This document shows, piece after piece, positions 38,976 to 52,417 of a DNA stretch of 64,000 nucleotides (position 1 is its first letter; every line of letters begins with the position of its first letter). The position numbers and the translations under genes are program-made. The DNA is from Cenococcum geophilum (lineage: Eukaryota), in the NCBI GenBank assembly GCA_050273025.1, contig CP158635.1, positions 33,418,001 through 33,482,000 of the forward strand, written 5' to 3'. A model generated the notes under the pieces. It had not been told where the DNA came from. It worked only from the letters and a program-made list of their open reading frames with translations, and did no database searches.

Positions 38976-39899
38976 TAGTAGAGTAGTGTAGATTAAACCT
39001 AATGGAGCTCCTGGAGCTTTATAGCTTATACCTCTTTAGGAGGATTAAGCGTTTAGTAATTAGTGCGTAGTAAAGTCAATTAGTGGTGCTCCTTGTGGTA
39101 GGGCGTTTAAAAATTATAGTCTTAGCTACCTAATATTTAACTTATGTCTATTATCTAGCCCTTACCGCTACTTGCCTATATTAATACCCTCCTTAAAGCT
39201 CGTCCTCGCCTACCTACCTTACTATTACTACCTCTTCCTTAGTATATTCGCCATGTCCTAAGTATAGTAGCGCTTCTTCCCTCTATATATATCTTCTACC
39301 TCTAATAATATTGTTTTCGCCTTAACGTTAGTTAATCTGAACGCTATTAACGCTGTAAAGGATATAGAGTTCTGGCTAGACAGTAAGGTGTATATTTAGT
39401 ATAGAGCTATTAAATAGGCCAATTAGTAATAAGAACTCTGTTAATTAAAGATAGCTCTAAAAGCTCTCTATATATATAAAATCGGTATAGGTAATAGAAA
39501 TAGGTAGTAAGTAATACAATAGTAAGAGATAGGGTAGTAAGATATAGGGTACTAGGCATTAAAGACAGTTATAAGACGGTAGTAAGGAAATCTAATTTAG
39601 GTCAATAGGAGCTTTAATGAAGCTAATACTATATATAAAGTAGGGCACGTCCTTTAGCAGAGCAACTGGTTAATCTAGAAGGCGATAATATTACTAGCGA
39701 TAAGAATTAAGGGCGTTAAATTAATAAGATTCGTACTAAGCTTTCTTAACACTAAAAGGTTGCCAAGACTTATATGTATATACTATTAATAGTATAGTTA
39801 TATACTGAAACTCCTAGGGCTCTACTAGCGATTTACTAGATAGAGTGGATTTAAGCCTTAATCCACTCCACTTTAATCTATTTCTATTACTGTCTAATA

Positions 39900-41200
39900 A
39901 ATAACCTATAAAGTATAACTAGATAGTATATAATACAATAAGCGGGTTAAGACTAAATTATATTTTTTAATATAATTTATTCGTAGAACACCGCGACAAC
40001 ACCCTACGTTAGTTTAATATTCCCCTACTAATTGTTTGTCTTATAATATACTATATTACATCCGGCCATATTATTATAATGGACAATTCTGCCTTTATTA
40101 GGCCCTCTGCCAACCTAGCAAGTAGTGTAGTAGGTCTTACTAATATAGAAGACGCACCTAATAGGTTTGTAACATATAGTGCGAATACCCTTTATAGTGT
40201 AATACTGAATCTCTATCTTCTTAAATACCTTCCAATATTTTTCCTTTTTCCTTTTAATATCTGTCCTAAAGAGGACTGCTATAACTAGTGGCATCCAATC
40301 TACTACTAATGTTATCTTTAAGGTCGCCTTGGTGCATTCCCGCCTACGGCTACACTTAGGATTGGTAGTATTAGTAGGGAGGTCTTTTGCATTAAATATA
40401 TAGCCGAGCATCTATTAAATAGATTCTCTTAAGTTTTTAAGTAATGGGTTTAGAGTTATATATTAAACTGAACGTATACCTTCCTTAATTATATATTGGT
40501 CGTTATAGCACTTTAATCTATATATAGTCGTAAAAGAGAGCTATAGAAGCCCTATTAAACACTCCTTAAGTATAGAGAGAATGTATTTATAGGCGCCCGC
40601 TTTATAGCTAGGTACCTCTACTTATAGCAATTTGATAAATATATAACGGCTCTTCTCCTGAGATTTTTAGCTAATTAAACCCTAAGGTAAGGCGATAATA
40701 TAACGCATTAGTAAAGTAAGCGGCTTAATATTAATAACTTTGGTTACTAATAGCTAGTTGATTTAAACGCGGCTAGTATCTAATATAAGTGAAACAAATA
40801 TTGTAACATCCTTAGTACATAAGTTATTCTCCTATTTAAGGAATATTGTGTATCTTCTAAGATTATCTTCCTAGCCCTACGGCACGGTCCCGTCTATTTT
40901 GTTTTAGTCCTTCTTTACACTTTTAAGAAGCTGTATATAGTAGTCGCCGTATAATATACCTGTTCTTTTAGTTATATCCTAACTAATGCTAAGCTGTTAC
41001 GCTGTGTTTCTAAGCTCGAGTAGTATCTTTATTATTATGCCTGTATATTAACAGAATAACTAAACAGCTTTATTGTCCTTAACAATATACATAGGGTCGA
41101 TTTTATGTACATTATACAATCTAGCCCTAGGTAAGTTAGTTAGGGTTTAAGAATGTTTAGTTAGAGGAGAGGTTATTTATAGTGATTTATTATAATTAAG
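39900..41200 (-). pseudogene. Putative papain-fold, USP-like cysteine protease (deubiquitinase/deSUMOylase-like)
   Basis: A Cys-box-like WENNSCAKD at 40808-40834 (the Cys codon is intact) and a His-box-like GKTHYTTCW...IVHYDDMAG at 40061-40141, both after RIP reversion. Confidence 0.5.
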
Positions 41201-41449
41201 CCAATGCGATATTCCTAGCTCCAAATTACCTCTTATATCTGTTAATGTCGTTATAAATAGTAGTAGAGGGTACGGTTTGGTATCTTCCGACTACTAAGAG
41301 CCACGAGTACTTAATGCTTAATGATATCTGTTTAGATAAAGGTGTAACGGAATTCTAAGTATTTATAGCTAGTTGGTTTTAGTATAATAATATACTAAAC
41401 TTATATAACGCGCTAATATGGGCTTAGTAATAGAAATTACCTAGTTAAT

Positions 41450-41548
41450 ATAATCCCCTTTATTTAATACAATCCTCTCTATTTAATATAATCCTCTTTA
41501 TCTAATACAACCCTCTTTATTTAATACGACCCTCTCTATTTAATATAG
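41450..41548. repeat. 19-bp tandem repeat (aatcctctctatttaatac) x about 5
   Basis: Direct reading. It lies between the palindrome at 41377 and the next gene. Confidence 0.85.
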
Positions 41549-41604
41549 CATTCCCCTTAATATAACTACAATCTCTATATAACTACAATCCTACTATAGA
41601 CACT

Positions 41605-42315
41605 ATAGTTAAGAGCAATTGTCTATAGTGCTTTAGATAGAAAATGTTATCTAAAGATCTAAATAGGAAGAAAGTGGTGGCTTTAAATATTGAATATAAA
41701 TGGGTAGTTGCTCTAATAGTGCACTTATAGTTGTATTAAGAGGATTAACTAATTAGCGCTAGATAAAAGCCGCGATAAAGTGTATATATGAACTATCCGA
41801 GTCTAGTAAATTGATTTATAAGGCCGCCCTTAAAGGTAAGGAGCTTTCTATTATTACTTATATATATATATTTAACTTAGTTATAGTTATTCCCAGTAGT
41901 GTAAATAAAATCGTTATGACTACTAAAGTACTTAATGTGGTCAAAAAGGATAAAGAAGAGTACAGTTATATTATAGTCTCCGATGTTAAATTGAGCCCTA
42001 AAGATGCTTACTTTGACTACGAGTCTACTAATAAAGACTTAGACTAAGATATCTAAGAAGATATCTAAGGAGATATTAAGGAAGATATTGAAGAGAAAAT
42101 CCGTAGCCTAGCAATTATAACCGCTGGGAAACTAATACCGAGCAAAACGAAAGCTACGACACTAGTTAAGAAGGATAGCGTTAGAAGAAGGCTGTTTATA
42201 GACTTAGGAAGGAAGATGGATAATGTTTTAGGTATTATATTAGGGACCTACCGCGACTTAAAAGGCGAAAAGAAAAAGCGCTAAGGATATGAGTTAAAGG
42301 GTATATAGTAGCTGT
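41605..42315 (+). pseudogene. Small hypothetical protein
   Basis: Residual ORF 41811-42047 with an acidic/basic C-terminus. Confidence 0.4.
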
Positions 42316-45227
42316 GATGGTATTTAGAAGAATGCACTTAGAATAATAACTCTATACCACTAGCTTGTATTAAACATGCTAGATTATTAGAAAATTTCGG
42401 CCAAGATATATTTTATTATACTAACTATTATCGTTTATATCTTCCCTACTCTATATTTACCTTAAAAATCGGTTATAATTCTATACTAGTAGTATTAGAA
42501 GCTCGTAACTGGGTTATATTCTCCTTTTAGCGTATATATACTAGTTCCTCTATACCTTTCCTATCTCTACTATAGCTAATATTAGCTAGTTAAATAACTA
42601 GCTTCTATAGTAACTGCATCTAGCTATTAGGTAAGAGCCTACTATTTAGAAGTCTAATTATATTTAGCTAGTAAAGCTCGGAATAAATAAACGGTTATTA
42701 TTATGTCTTTTTATCTCTCCTATTAATATCCTACTTAACTAGTTTTGTTTCGTATTACATTTAAATATATAAGTTAATTTAACTATAAATTTTAAAGGTG
42801 GATAACTAGAGCGGTAGAGCCTATGTTAGTGTATATAGACTACTCTATACGCTTATATATTATATAGGAAAGAAAACCGCTAGCATTTAGGGGGAAAACC
42901 CTATAAGCCACCTTAGTAGGATTAAAAAACCCCGTTTTTACCGCCTCTGCGCGTAACTTAGTAGCTATATTTACCTTATATTATCTAACTAGCCTCCTTA
43001 TTTACGCTTCCTACTAATAATAAGGCGGCTACATTATACTTCTATTCTTTATTAAAACGATATCTATTCTTTCTTGTTAAAACGTTTAATATTGGAATAG
43101 TAAGGTTATATTAACTATAGTAATGTAAGGCGGCGTGCTATATATAAAGTAGGTTTGTCTCCCTATTATATTTACTATAACCTACTTACCTTATATATTA
43201 GCTGGAGTATACTATAAGGGCTATATTATTATATAATGGTACTTAAACTACTATAAATATCACTAATATAAAACAAAAGTTGTTGTACTTAGCTAGTCCT
43301 CCATAACGCGTACTAATTATATTAGTTATTATTTTAGTTATCTTTCCCTATAAAACACCTAAGAAATTAATAGGGATAAACTATGCTAGTAGTGCTAACC
43401 ACTATACCTTAGAAACGGATATTAAGATAAAGAGTGGAGATAAAGCCGGTAGAATATAGTAGATAATACTAATAAGGAAGCTAGAAAGCGCTAATACTAT
43501 ATAGGATATCTAGAGACTAGCTAAGCCTCGCTAGTTAAAGAGCCTATTTAGTATAGTTATAATTATTGTTTTAAGCTGGAATATCCGTAATGTATAGAAA
43601 ATAAGTAATGCGTTTACTCTTATACCGGAACGGATAGTAATTTACTAACTAGTTGGTGTTATATAATAACGCTTATAAGTCCGGCAAGATAAAAGGTAAG
43701 GGAGTAGTTATATAATAAGAGTCTTAGTTAGGAAAGTTAAGGTTAACGATAAAAGTATATATAAGGGGTTATAGCTGGGGTTGTAGCTAGGGTAGTAAGG
43801 AGTAGCTCTTATCGCGTAGCTTTACCATTAGTAAGTTTATTTTAATTTTTATATAATTTTCTACCTAAGTAAAGTTTTCTCTAGGTATTTCTAATATACT
43901 TAATATATCTAATAGTATAACTTCTACTAATATTAATATTCTTTTATTACTTGTTTCGCTAAGAAAAGCAGCTACTCCTAATTAGGCAGGTGATGTGTTT
44001 TTAGCACCCTGCTTATTACGCGCCTTCTTACGAAGATAAATTTTATTTACACTATACCTATTATAAAGCCGTATCTAATTCTCTTCGTAGTAAGCGGTAA
44101 CTATTAATTGTATCTCTCCCCCTTAATAGTACGCTAGTAGGCTAGGCCGAGCGGTAATAAAGTAGCCTAAAAGCGATAGTAAAAAAAAGGTTTATTTCCT
44201 TGTAGTTTAGGGACTCCTAGGTAATACTAACTCTACCTAGGGCTCCGACATAGCGCGTAAAAGTCTTAAGAATGCTATATAAGAAGTTATTTGCGAGGAC
44301 CTAGATAGAGGACCTTATATACTTTATTTTACTATACTCCTAGGTGCGTTAATATCTAGAAATTTTAGGTATTAATAATTAATATAGCTATGACAGTTAT
44401 TTCCACCTAGTTAAAACCCGTCTCTTTACGTACTACCGTAGTACTACCTAAAAAGGCTTTTAAGCGACGGCGGATTAATCCTTTTAGTTATTTTATAGAC
44501 TGCATTGACCGGACACTTTAGGAAACGCATTGCCTAGAAGGACTAAAGAAGCCACTTAACAAACTAGTGTTATTACTATTAACTTAGCGCTAACTATAAA
44601 GAGAATAAAGCCCGTCTATAGAGGAGCAACCTCCTATAAAATGCATTATACGCGTAGACAAGTAGGCTAAAGTTTAAAAACCAAAGCCTTAAAACCTTAG
44701 GCCCTGTACCTTTTCTTTTACTTCTGTTTTACCATTTTAGAGTATATAAGAAGGCTTGCCTGATGTCCCGCACACTATAGCATCTAGTGGTTAGTATCCT
44801 ATATCTTTTAAAAGGGCGCGAGTAGGAGAAAGTAATAAGTGGAAAAGTAATAAGGTTAGGTTAAATAAGATATTTATAACATTGTAACCGCATCGCGATA
44901 ATATTATAGAATATAGCGAGAGGATTCCAGATAGTATGCAATAATTAGCGGATATAGTAGCTCGCGTTAATGTAATAGCTAGGGGGGTTGGGTTTTAGTA
45001 GGGCTGTATTATATCTAGTATTAAATAAGCGTTTTAAATCCCAAGTGGTAGGCGGTATTTAATATATAGGGGTGGGTGTATATAGAATATAGAGAAATAT
45101 GTTATAAAACTATTGTCTTTTAGTATATAAATATGCTAAAATAATATCCTCCTGCTGTATATAATATTTAAACATATTAATATACTAAAATTAATATACT
45201 AGTACTAATGCTATAATTACATTTTAT

Positions 45228-47076
45228 ATAGCTTAGAGGATTGGCGCGGTAATTATGTAATTGTTTTATTCTAACTAGAATAAGGTAAGTATACAGACCT
45301 TCTATTAATAAAGTTAAAACAATCTAATAATGCCTTCCTATAGGTCCTTTATAAAGTATTTAACCTACTAACTCTACCTCTAGGCCCTTATTTACTGCTA
45401 CTAGTAGTTTATACTAAGGCGTCTTTTTCCCTATTGCTATTATATTGGCGGCTTGTAATATAGCTATTTATCGCTAGAATAACCTGTCGTAAGTTAAATG
45501 CTTTACCGCGAAAAGTACTACTAACTAAGTAAAAAAGAGTAGAAGATTCTTAGATAGAAGATCCTACCCCCTATAATATAGATTACCTTAGTAAAGTATA
45601 TAAGTCTGCTCCTATAGTTTATATAACTTTATTCTAAGATAAATAACTCTAGATACTGGCTAGTCTTTTAGACCATGTTAAAAACAAAGTAAAGGGAAAT
45701 ACTAAACAGATTTAAACTATAGTCGTTACTCTTAACCTTTACGTTAAGACCCTCGCGGATACCTACTATATTAAACTTCCTAAAGGCTTCTAACTACGAG
45801 TTCTGCTAAGTACTAATAATGAGATTAAACTAACCGCTAAAGATAGCAGCGAGAAAAATATAGATATTGATAAGTTAAGCGAGGACTTAGACGTGGGTAG
45901 TAGCAGTAATAATATATAAGGTAGTGATCCTACTACTAAATATAACGGCTGCAGCGATAGGCTTAAAAAAATCAGGATAGTACTAAGTATAGAAGCTAAT
46001 AAAGCTGTACTTAAGGTCGCATGGGATAAGTTTTACAAAAAGCTTAAAAAGTTAGAAGTTAAGGTAACTAAGGATAATAAAGTCGGGCGGTAGAGATTTA
46101 GTAAGAGCGAAGCTGTGGAGATTACTAACTTCTTTTTTGCCAATATAATGGGGCCTAAAGCCGTAATATATCTTTAAGCATTACTATAAAGCTATATTGC
46201 CGACTATAATAATGGGATTAATAGGGGCGCTAGGGCGTGAGTGGAAGTAGCCGTTAAAGATAAAGCTAATATTACTACGGTGCGGAGCTTCTTTAATACC
46301 TTTGCCCGTACCTAGCGTTTACGGCTAAATTTATAAGGTGGACTTGCTGTAATGGAGCAGATTATATTACATGTTAAACTTCTTTCTTAATTTAATTAGC
46401 TTAAAACCCTAGCCGCTGCTAAAGACACTGCTCTATTAAGCTTTCTCTAGGATTTAGGCTATAAAACTAGCTATAGGCTAGGATAGTAGTTATATGTCAT
46501 TAACTTCCTAGCTAATTTAATCTATATCTCTCCCTCTATTTTATAAAACATATATTAGATGGCCTAAGGCGTAATAGCCTTAATAGAGATTTTCGGCCCT
46601 GGTATTATCCCTATTCTACCTACTAGCGTTATAAATAGGTAAGCTTACCCTACTCCTCTTTAAACCGTCGCTAAAAATATTAGGCTAAACCGCTGGGGAA
46701 ACTAATGGATGGCCTCTATGTATAGCCTGCTAAAGATATAGGCCCCTTTTATTAGCCCTATATATACGCTACTAGAGGAGTATCTATATTAGCCTATTAA
46801 AGCTAGCTAGCCTATTATAATTAAGCAAATTAAAACAGGCATTAAAAGACCTCTTTTAGAAAGGATTAGTAAGGCAGTAGGGGAAGGTAAAGCACTTAAT
46901 ACTAGTCCGGAAGGTATAGCCGCTAAAAAGTAGTAAGGTATTATTATAGCTAATAAAGTTATATCTAATCTATCTAAGGGCAGTAGTTTAAAGATTGATA
47001 AGACTAAGGATAATACGGACGGTGGGGATGAGGAGGGTATAGTAAATGTGGAGGGCGAAGTGAATAGGGAGGGTTA
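45228..47076 (+). pseudogene. Unknown family A, copy 4 (more divergent)
   Basis: EITNFFFANIMGPKA at about 46118. The FGPGIIPILP motif and 3' intron position are as in the other copies. Confidence 0.7.
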
Positions 47077-47329
47077 ATGCTAGAAGAACTTCGGCGGGAA
47101 TGAGGCTAAGAAGTATGGTTCTTATAGCAACGAATATTTCTATAGTATTTTTTTTAAAGCTACTATAGTATGGAGAGGGTTTATTGTGGGGATTTTATAT
47201 TAAAGGCTAACGTAACGTATAGCGATTATATTTAATATAACGGGAACGTAAATAATAAATGTAGCAACGTAGCACTTATTAAAACATTGGCGCTCTTTAG
47301 ATGTTCACATACTAAAATAACCCTTATTT

Positions 47330-48946
47330 ACTTATAGTATGTTTTAATATGCTCCTAAATGGTTGTATTTAGTATAGTAAACTAATCTAGACTGTTTTAT
47401 AGCTCTTATATAAGCGCACCTATTTAAACTATAGCCCGTTTAGTAGTTGTAGCTTTCTGATCTATATAGCTCGCTATTCTATTTCTTAAAGCGTTATATT
47501 AGAACGTACTTCCTAGACTATATAATCTAGTTAAATAGGAATAAAGGCATTATAGGGTAGGGTTAGAGCTAGATATACCTTAAGCAAAGCCGAGAACTTG
47601 TTTAATTCCTTCTTAGAATCCTATAGCCATGCTTAATACCTTATACTCTATAGCCGTTTAACACTTTAAAGTTTTACCCCAAATTCTTTTATTAGATCTT
47701 TGTTTGTTATCTTTAGATAATATAGTTTAAGTATTAATTAACGTATAACTTATAATATTGTCTTAGAATCCTAACTTATAGTACTGGATATAAGCATACT
47801 GGTAATTAAATAAGGGGCGTAAATTACCTCCCTGGATTGTATTATATTATTACTTTACCCTAAGTATATTACGGACAAGGATATTTCTAGCGTAACTTTA
47901 TTGTTCCTCGCCCGCTTATAAAATTCGGCTTTTTATTACTATGGCTATATTATCTAGCTTCTATCCCTCTTTTATAGTAATAGTTATAATCTATATAAGG
48001 CAATAAAAAGATACTAGCTTTGCCGCAAATCTAGAAGGCTATATAGGAAGATAGGTCTATAAGCTGGTATTCTATACGCTTCTTACTCTAGTTTATCTCC
48101 TTTAAGTCTCTTAATATACTATATACCGGTATATTTACTAGGTATTTATGCACGCCAATAGTGGGTTTAGTTGAGAGATGGGCGAAATACTCTTTAAGCC
48201 GCATTGTTAGTATTAGGCTTTAGCGCGGCTAGTATAATAAGTGGCACTTTAAGCTGCTAACCTTTAGAAGCAGACAATATATCTCTAACAGCGTAAGTCG
48301 TTATACTTATAATCCTTCTAGTCTATATATTGTACTTATTAAATAATAGGGGTTCTTCTGGTTTGCAGTTCTCTAATATAAGCCTATAATTAGGTAGCTC
48401 TTAGCCTAGTCTTAAATTTGTATTTTATAATTCGTTAATCTGTTTATATACATGCGTATATACTTTATTCTTTACCGCTTGTAGTTTTACGTAGTAATCT
48501 ATTTAGACTAAAGTAGTAGTATAGTTCTAAGGTTAAATCTATTTTATCTATTAAAAGGACGATTTGACTCTAGAAGCGCTACGGAGCTCTAGTGTAGATA
48601 TATACTACTTATAGTAAGTTTTAGCACGACTTCGGTGTTTTATTTAGGGGGTAGGAGGCGTTTAAACTTACTAGGGAAGATCGTTAGATTTACTTATTAA
48701 TTTCCTTATTACCTTCCTCCATAATCTTATTATTCTTAATAACTACTACCCCACCGTTAGGCGTAGGCTTTTCCCTAGAACTAATCTCTTCTTCTTTAAA
48801 CCCCGCCGCTAGATTGGTAATGTTCGTTACTTAGTATACTTTAGCTACTTTATAAGAGATTTATATTAAATATACTGTCTACTATAGAGCCGAAACTTAT
48901 TAACTTCCTTAGAGTCGTTGGCCTTTAGATTAATTAATTTTGGTAT
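47330..48946 (-). pseudogene. JmjC-domain plus Cys-cluster protein, copy 2 (small deletions, one next to the HxD motif)
   Basis: Aligns by eye with 16700-17960 over more than 1 kb. Confidence 0.75.
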
Positions 48947-50174
48947 AAGGATAACGTTATTAGTGGGCGCGGCAGCGCGTATAGGAAAGAATCGCTCTAT
49001 AGTAATTAAGGGAGATAAAATTAAGTTACTAAGTAATTAAGTATATAGGAAAGAGAGTAGGAAGGAAAGGAAATAAGTAGACTTTATAGATTGTATAGGG
49101 AACGCTTATATTTTAGAAAAGCGAGTTATTATACGGCTTTACTAATTGGCTTAATATTACGCTCTAACGCCTTATTAATCCTTCCTATAGCCACCTTCTT
49201 CTAATTAGATATATGGTTGGCGCTCTAAAAGCTCTAAAGCCTTAAAATCTACTCTATACCACTAATTAAATCATAGGATATATAGTTAATACAAATTAGC
49301 TCTAGCCAAATACGCTAAATTGGCTCCACTCCAGATAGATTACTGGTTTTACGTGCTTTCTATATATTAATCCCACTAACGCTTAAAGCTGGTTTCTGTT
49401 TATAACCTTAGCGACTACTAAAAACTAGGTTAGAAAAGAAGGACTTATATATAGATTGATCTATAAAGAAAAGAGACTATATATATATAAGATAGGTGAG
49501 TTATAGGTAGATATTAGTTATAGGCTGACGAAAATGCTAACGACGACAAATTGCCACTAGGTAGGTAGTAAGTAATAGGTCGACAGACCCCTAGATATAT
49601 TTAAGTACTAAAGAAAACTGCTACTGGCGTTGCTATAGCGAAGATGGTTATGCCTAGCCTTCTAACTCTATAATATAAAAGAGTTGCATTTTTCGCACTA
49701 ATATTGTTTGCCTTTAATTGTCTGTGAGATAATAGATTTTGGATAAACAGTTCGTATATACCGGGCCTAATTTGCTAATATAATAGCCTTTTTACATATA
49801 TTGTAGGTTCTACTAAGGGGTAGAAGCGTTGTTTAGTATAATTCTTAGTAATAATAGGCGAAGATAATGTTAAGAAAACACGCCAATTAATGCCGATTAT
49901 AAAAGTTAAGTCGCGTTATACGGTTTTGGCATAACTATATACCAATACTTAATAGCTAGGAAAATTAAGAGCAGCTGTTCCTAATAGCGGTAAAGATAAC
50001 TATAGAGAAGTGATTGTAGAGCTAACGCCCGGTTATATAGCTATTAGATAAGCATAGGCGATAAATAAGCGGTATAATAAGAAAGTTACTAATTGTTAGG
50101 GTTGAGTGTGGGGGGTTTTAGTATAATAATATGCCGAAATACGATTGTTGCGGAAATGGACAATAATTAATCCG

Positions 50175-50243
50175 GATAAGTGTTGAGATAAGTATTAAGA
50201 TAAGTGTCGAGATAAGTGTTAAGATAAGTATTAAGATAAGTAT
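50175..50243. repeat. 12-bp minisatellite (GAGATAAGTGTT)n, about 6 units
   Basis: Direct reading. It is preceded by a palindrome at 50116, the same arrangement as at 18478. Confidence 0.9.
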
Positions 50244-52417
50244 TATAGTAGCTGTTAGTACGGGTATTGAAAATACCTAGGTAAATATAATAGGATAATT
50301 ACTAGTTACTGCGCAAGACCTGTTAATAACGGCTTGCAAATTAACGCATATTATATACGTGTCTACTTACTATATTATACGGTTTCGGTATAATAGTATA
50401 CTAAAAGTTAATAGTACTAATACTATCTACCAAGCTCTTAACTTCTAACTTTAGTATCTTTCTATTTATAGCCTCTGCCTATAAAGCCCTACTATACGCT
50501 ATAGGTGGAAACATTATTTAAAATCCGTTTCTCTTAATAGCTAAGTGTAAAGGCGATAGTAGAGAGCCGTCGCAGCGCGTACAGCGCTATTGTTTAATTC
50601 TGTGGTAATAAGCCTGTAATGCGTATAAAGCATCGCCCTTAACAATACTAGGAGCCTTACTACCTCCGCTTAAAGCTCCTGTTTTACTATTTAGGAAGGC
50701 TTATAAAGGGAAACTAGGATATAAAAACTGCCTAATATATAACTACCCGGCTTATAGCCAGGCCTAAAACTGGCCTTATCTAGCTAGTTAACGTAGACGC
50801 GTCTTAGGCGTATAATAGGACACCCTTAGGCTTATACTAGCTTTGAGGTTATAAAGGGAACGCGATAAAAGTATAGGGATCCTTTTTTTTTATAAGAACT
50901 TATTAAGGTTAACGCGTCGTAAATACTTTATACAAAACTTATTAAGGCCTTAAGGCCACCATAAAGAACTTATTAAGGCCCTGCCTAAAAAACTTGTTAA
51001 GGCCCCTTTATAAGGGCCTATTTAGTATCTAGTACACCTAGGTAACTTAAAAGAGGGTCTTAATAGGCGTAGTGCACGCGACCTAGTCGAGAGCGATAGT
51101 GATGTAATAGCGACGTAATAGTGACTAGATGGCTTAATAAGGCGGAAATATAGGTAAAGCTCTAGGCAGCGGAAATATAGGCTAGCTTTGACGGCCCTAT
51201 AGCGTTTAACTCACAGGCGACTTATAGGAGGGTCTTAATAGGTGTGGTGTATATAACCTAACGTATATATATATAGGGGAGGCTATAGGGAAACGCAGGC
51301 CAGTTAGATGAGGACTTAATAGTTAGAGATATAGGCCAGCTTATAAAAAGGGGGGACACAAGCTTAGTTAGTAGGAGAGGGTAGAGTAGGTCGCCTGGTA
51401 TAGGACCTAGTATTTATAGGCCTCTCCTATAAGACACGGTTGGCCTATTATAAGGAGACTCTTATAGGTATTGTGAAACGGGAACTAGCGGTATATAGGG
51501 TATTACGCCCCTATATTACCACTAGCCTCCCATAAGGCGAAGTGTATAGTTAGCCACTACTGGCTTTAATTACCCCTTAGCTGGGCTCTGACCCTTAGTA
51601 TACCTAGTAGGTAGGATTACGTCCTAGCCAGAGAGACTATTATATAGCTTAAGAGAACGGATGTGCGTATTAGTATATTAATAGACGGAACCGTCCGTTC
51701 CTAGGATGGTATACTAATAAAATATACTTATAGAGTAAATAGGACTTACTTAAGTGGGGGAGGCTTTTAGCCGGGCCTTAGCCGTAAAAGGTATACAACT
51801 ATAGGTATATTATAGCTACTAGAAAACTGGGGTAGAGGCCTAGATAAGTAGGTATATTAAACTTTACTATATTACTAGCTAATATATAACTACCTGCTAT
51901 AAAATCGGCCTCTATACCTTTATGCGGTGGAGCCTAGGAACCTAGCTATACTATTGGCGTTTTATTAAGATTGTGCTATTATACTATTAGAGTAAACGTA
52001 GAGATATATATATAGTAGCTGCGCGTGTTGGCGCTGCGACGTGGTGGTAGCGTGGATAATTTTTTTATTAGGAGTGTGAGCCCTAACGGAAGCTTTAAAA
52101 ACGGCTATTACGTCTATACGTATTCAATAGCTTTAAATTAATAACATCTACCTCCGGCGTCCCCCCTTCCTCCTATACGGCACCTATATATAGTATAGCA
52201 ACCGAACTGAACTATATATACCCCGGGAAGTCTATAATAAGCCTCCTATTCCCTATCCTACCCTCCCTATAATAAATAAGAGAAGTTTAGAACCCTTAAG
52301 CCGGATATAGTCATTATAAGACTAAAACGTCTAGCTTTAAGTCCTCCCTTAAGGGGGCAATTTTACTACGTTATAGAATATAAACGGGGGGAAAAAGCTT
52401 TAAATAATAACGTGGCG

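Noticed and set aside
50500..52050. Possible ankyrin or other gene relic in a GC-richer stretch with short aagaacttattaaggcc repeats
   Set aside because: No consistent frame or convincing motif could be recovered.
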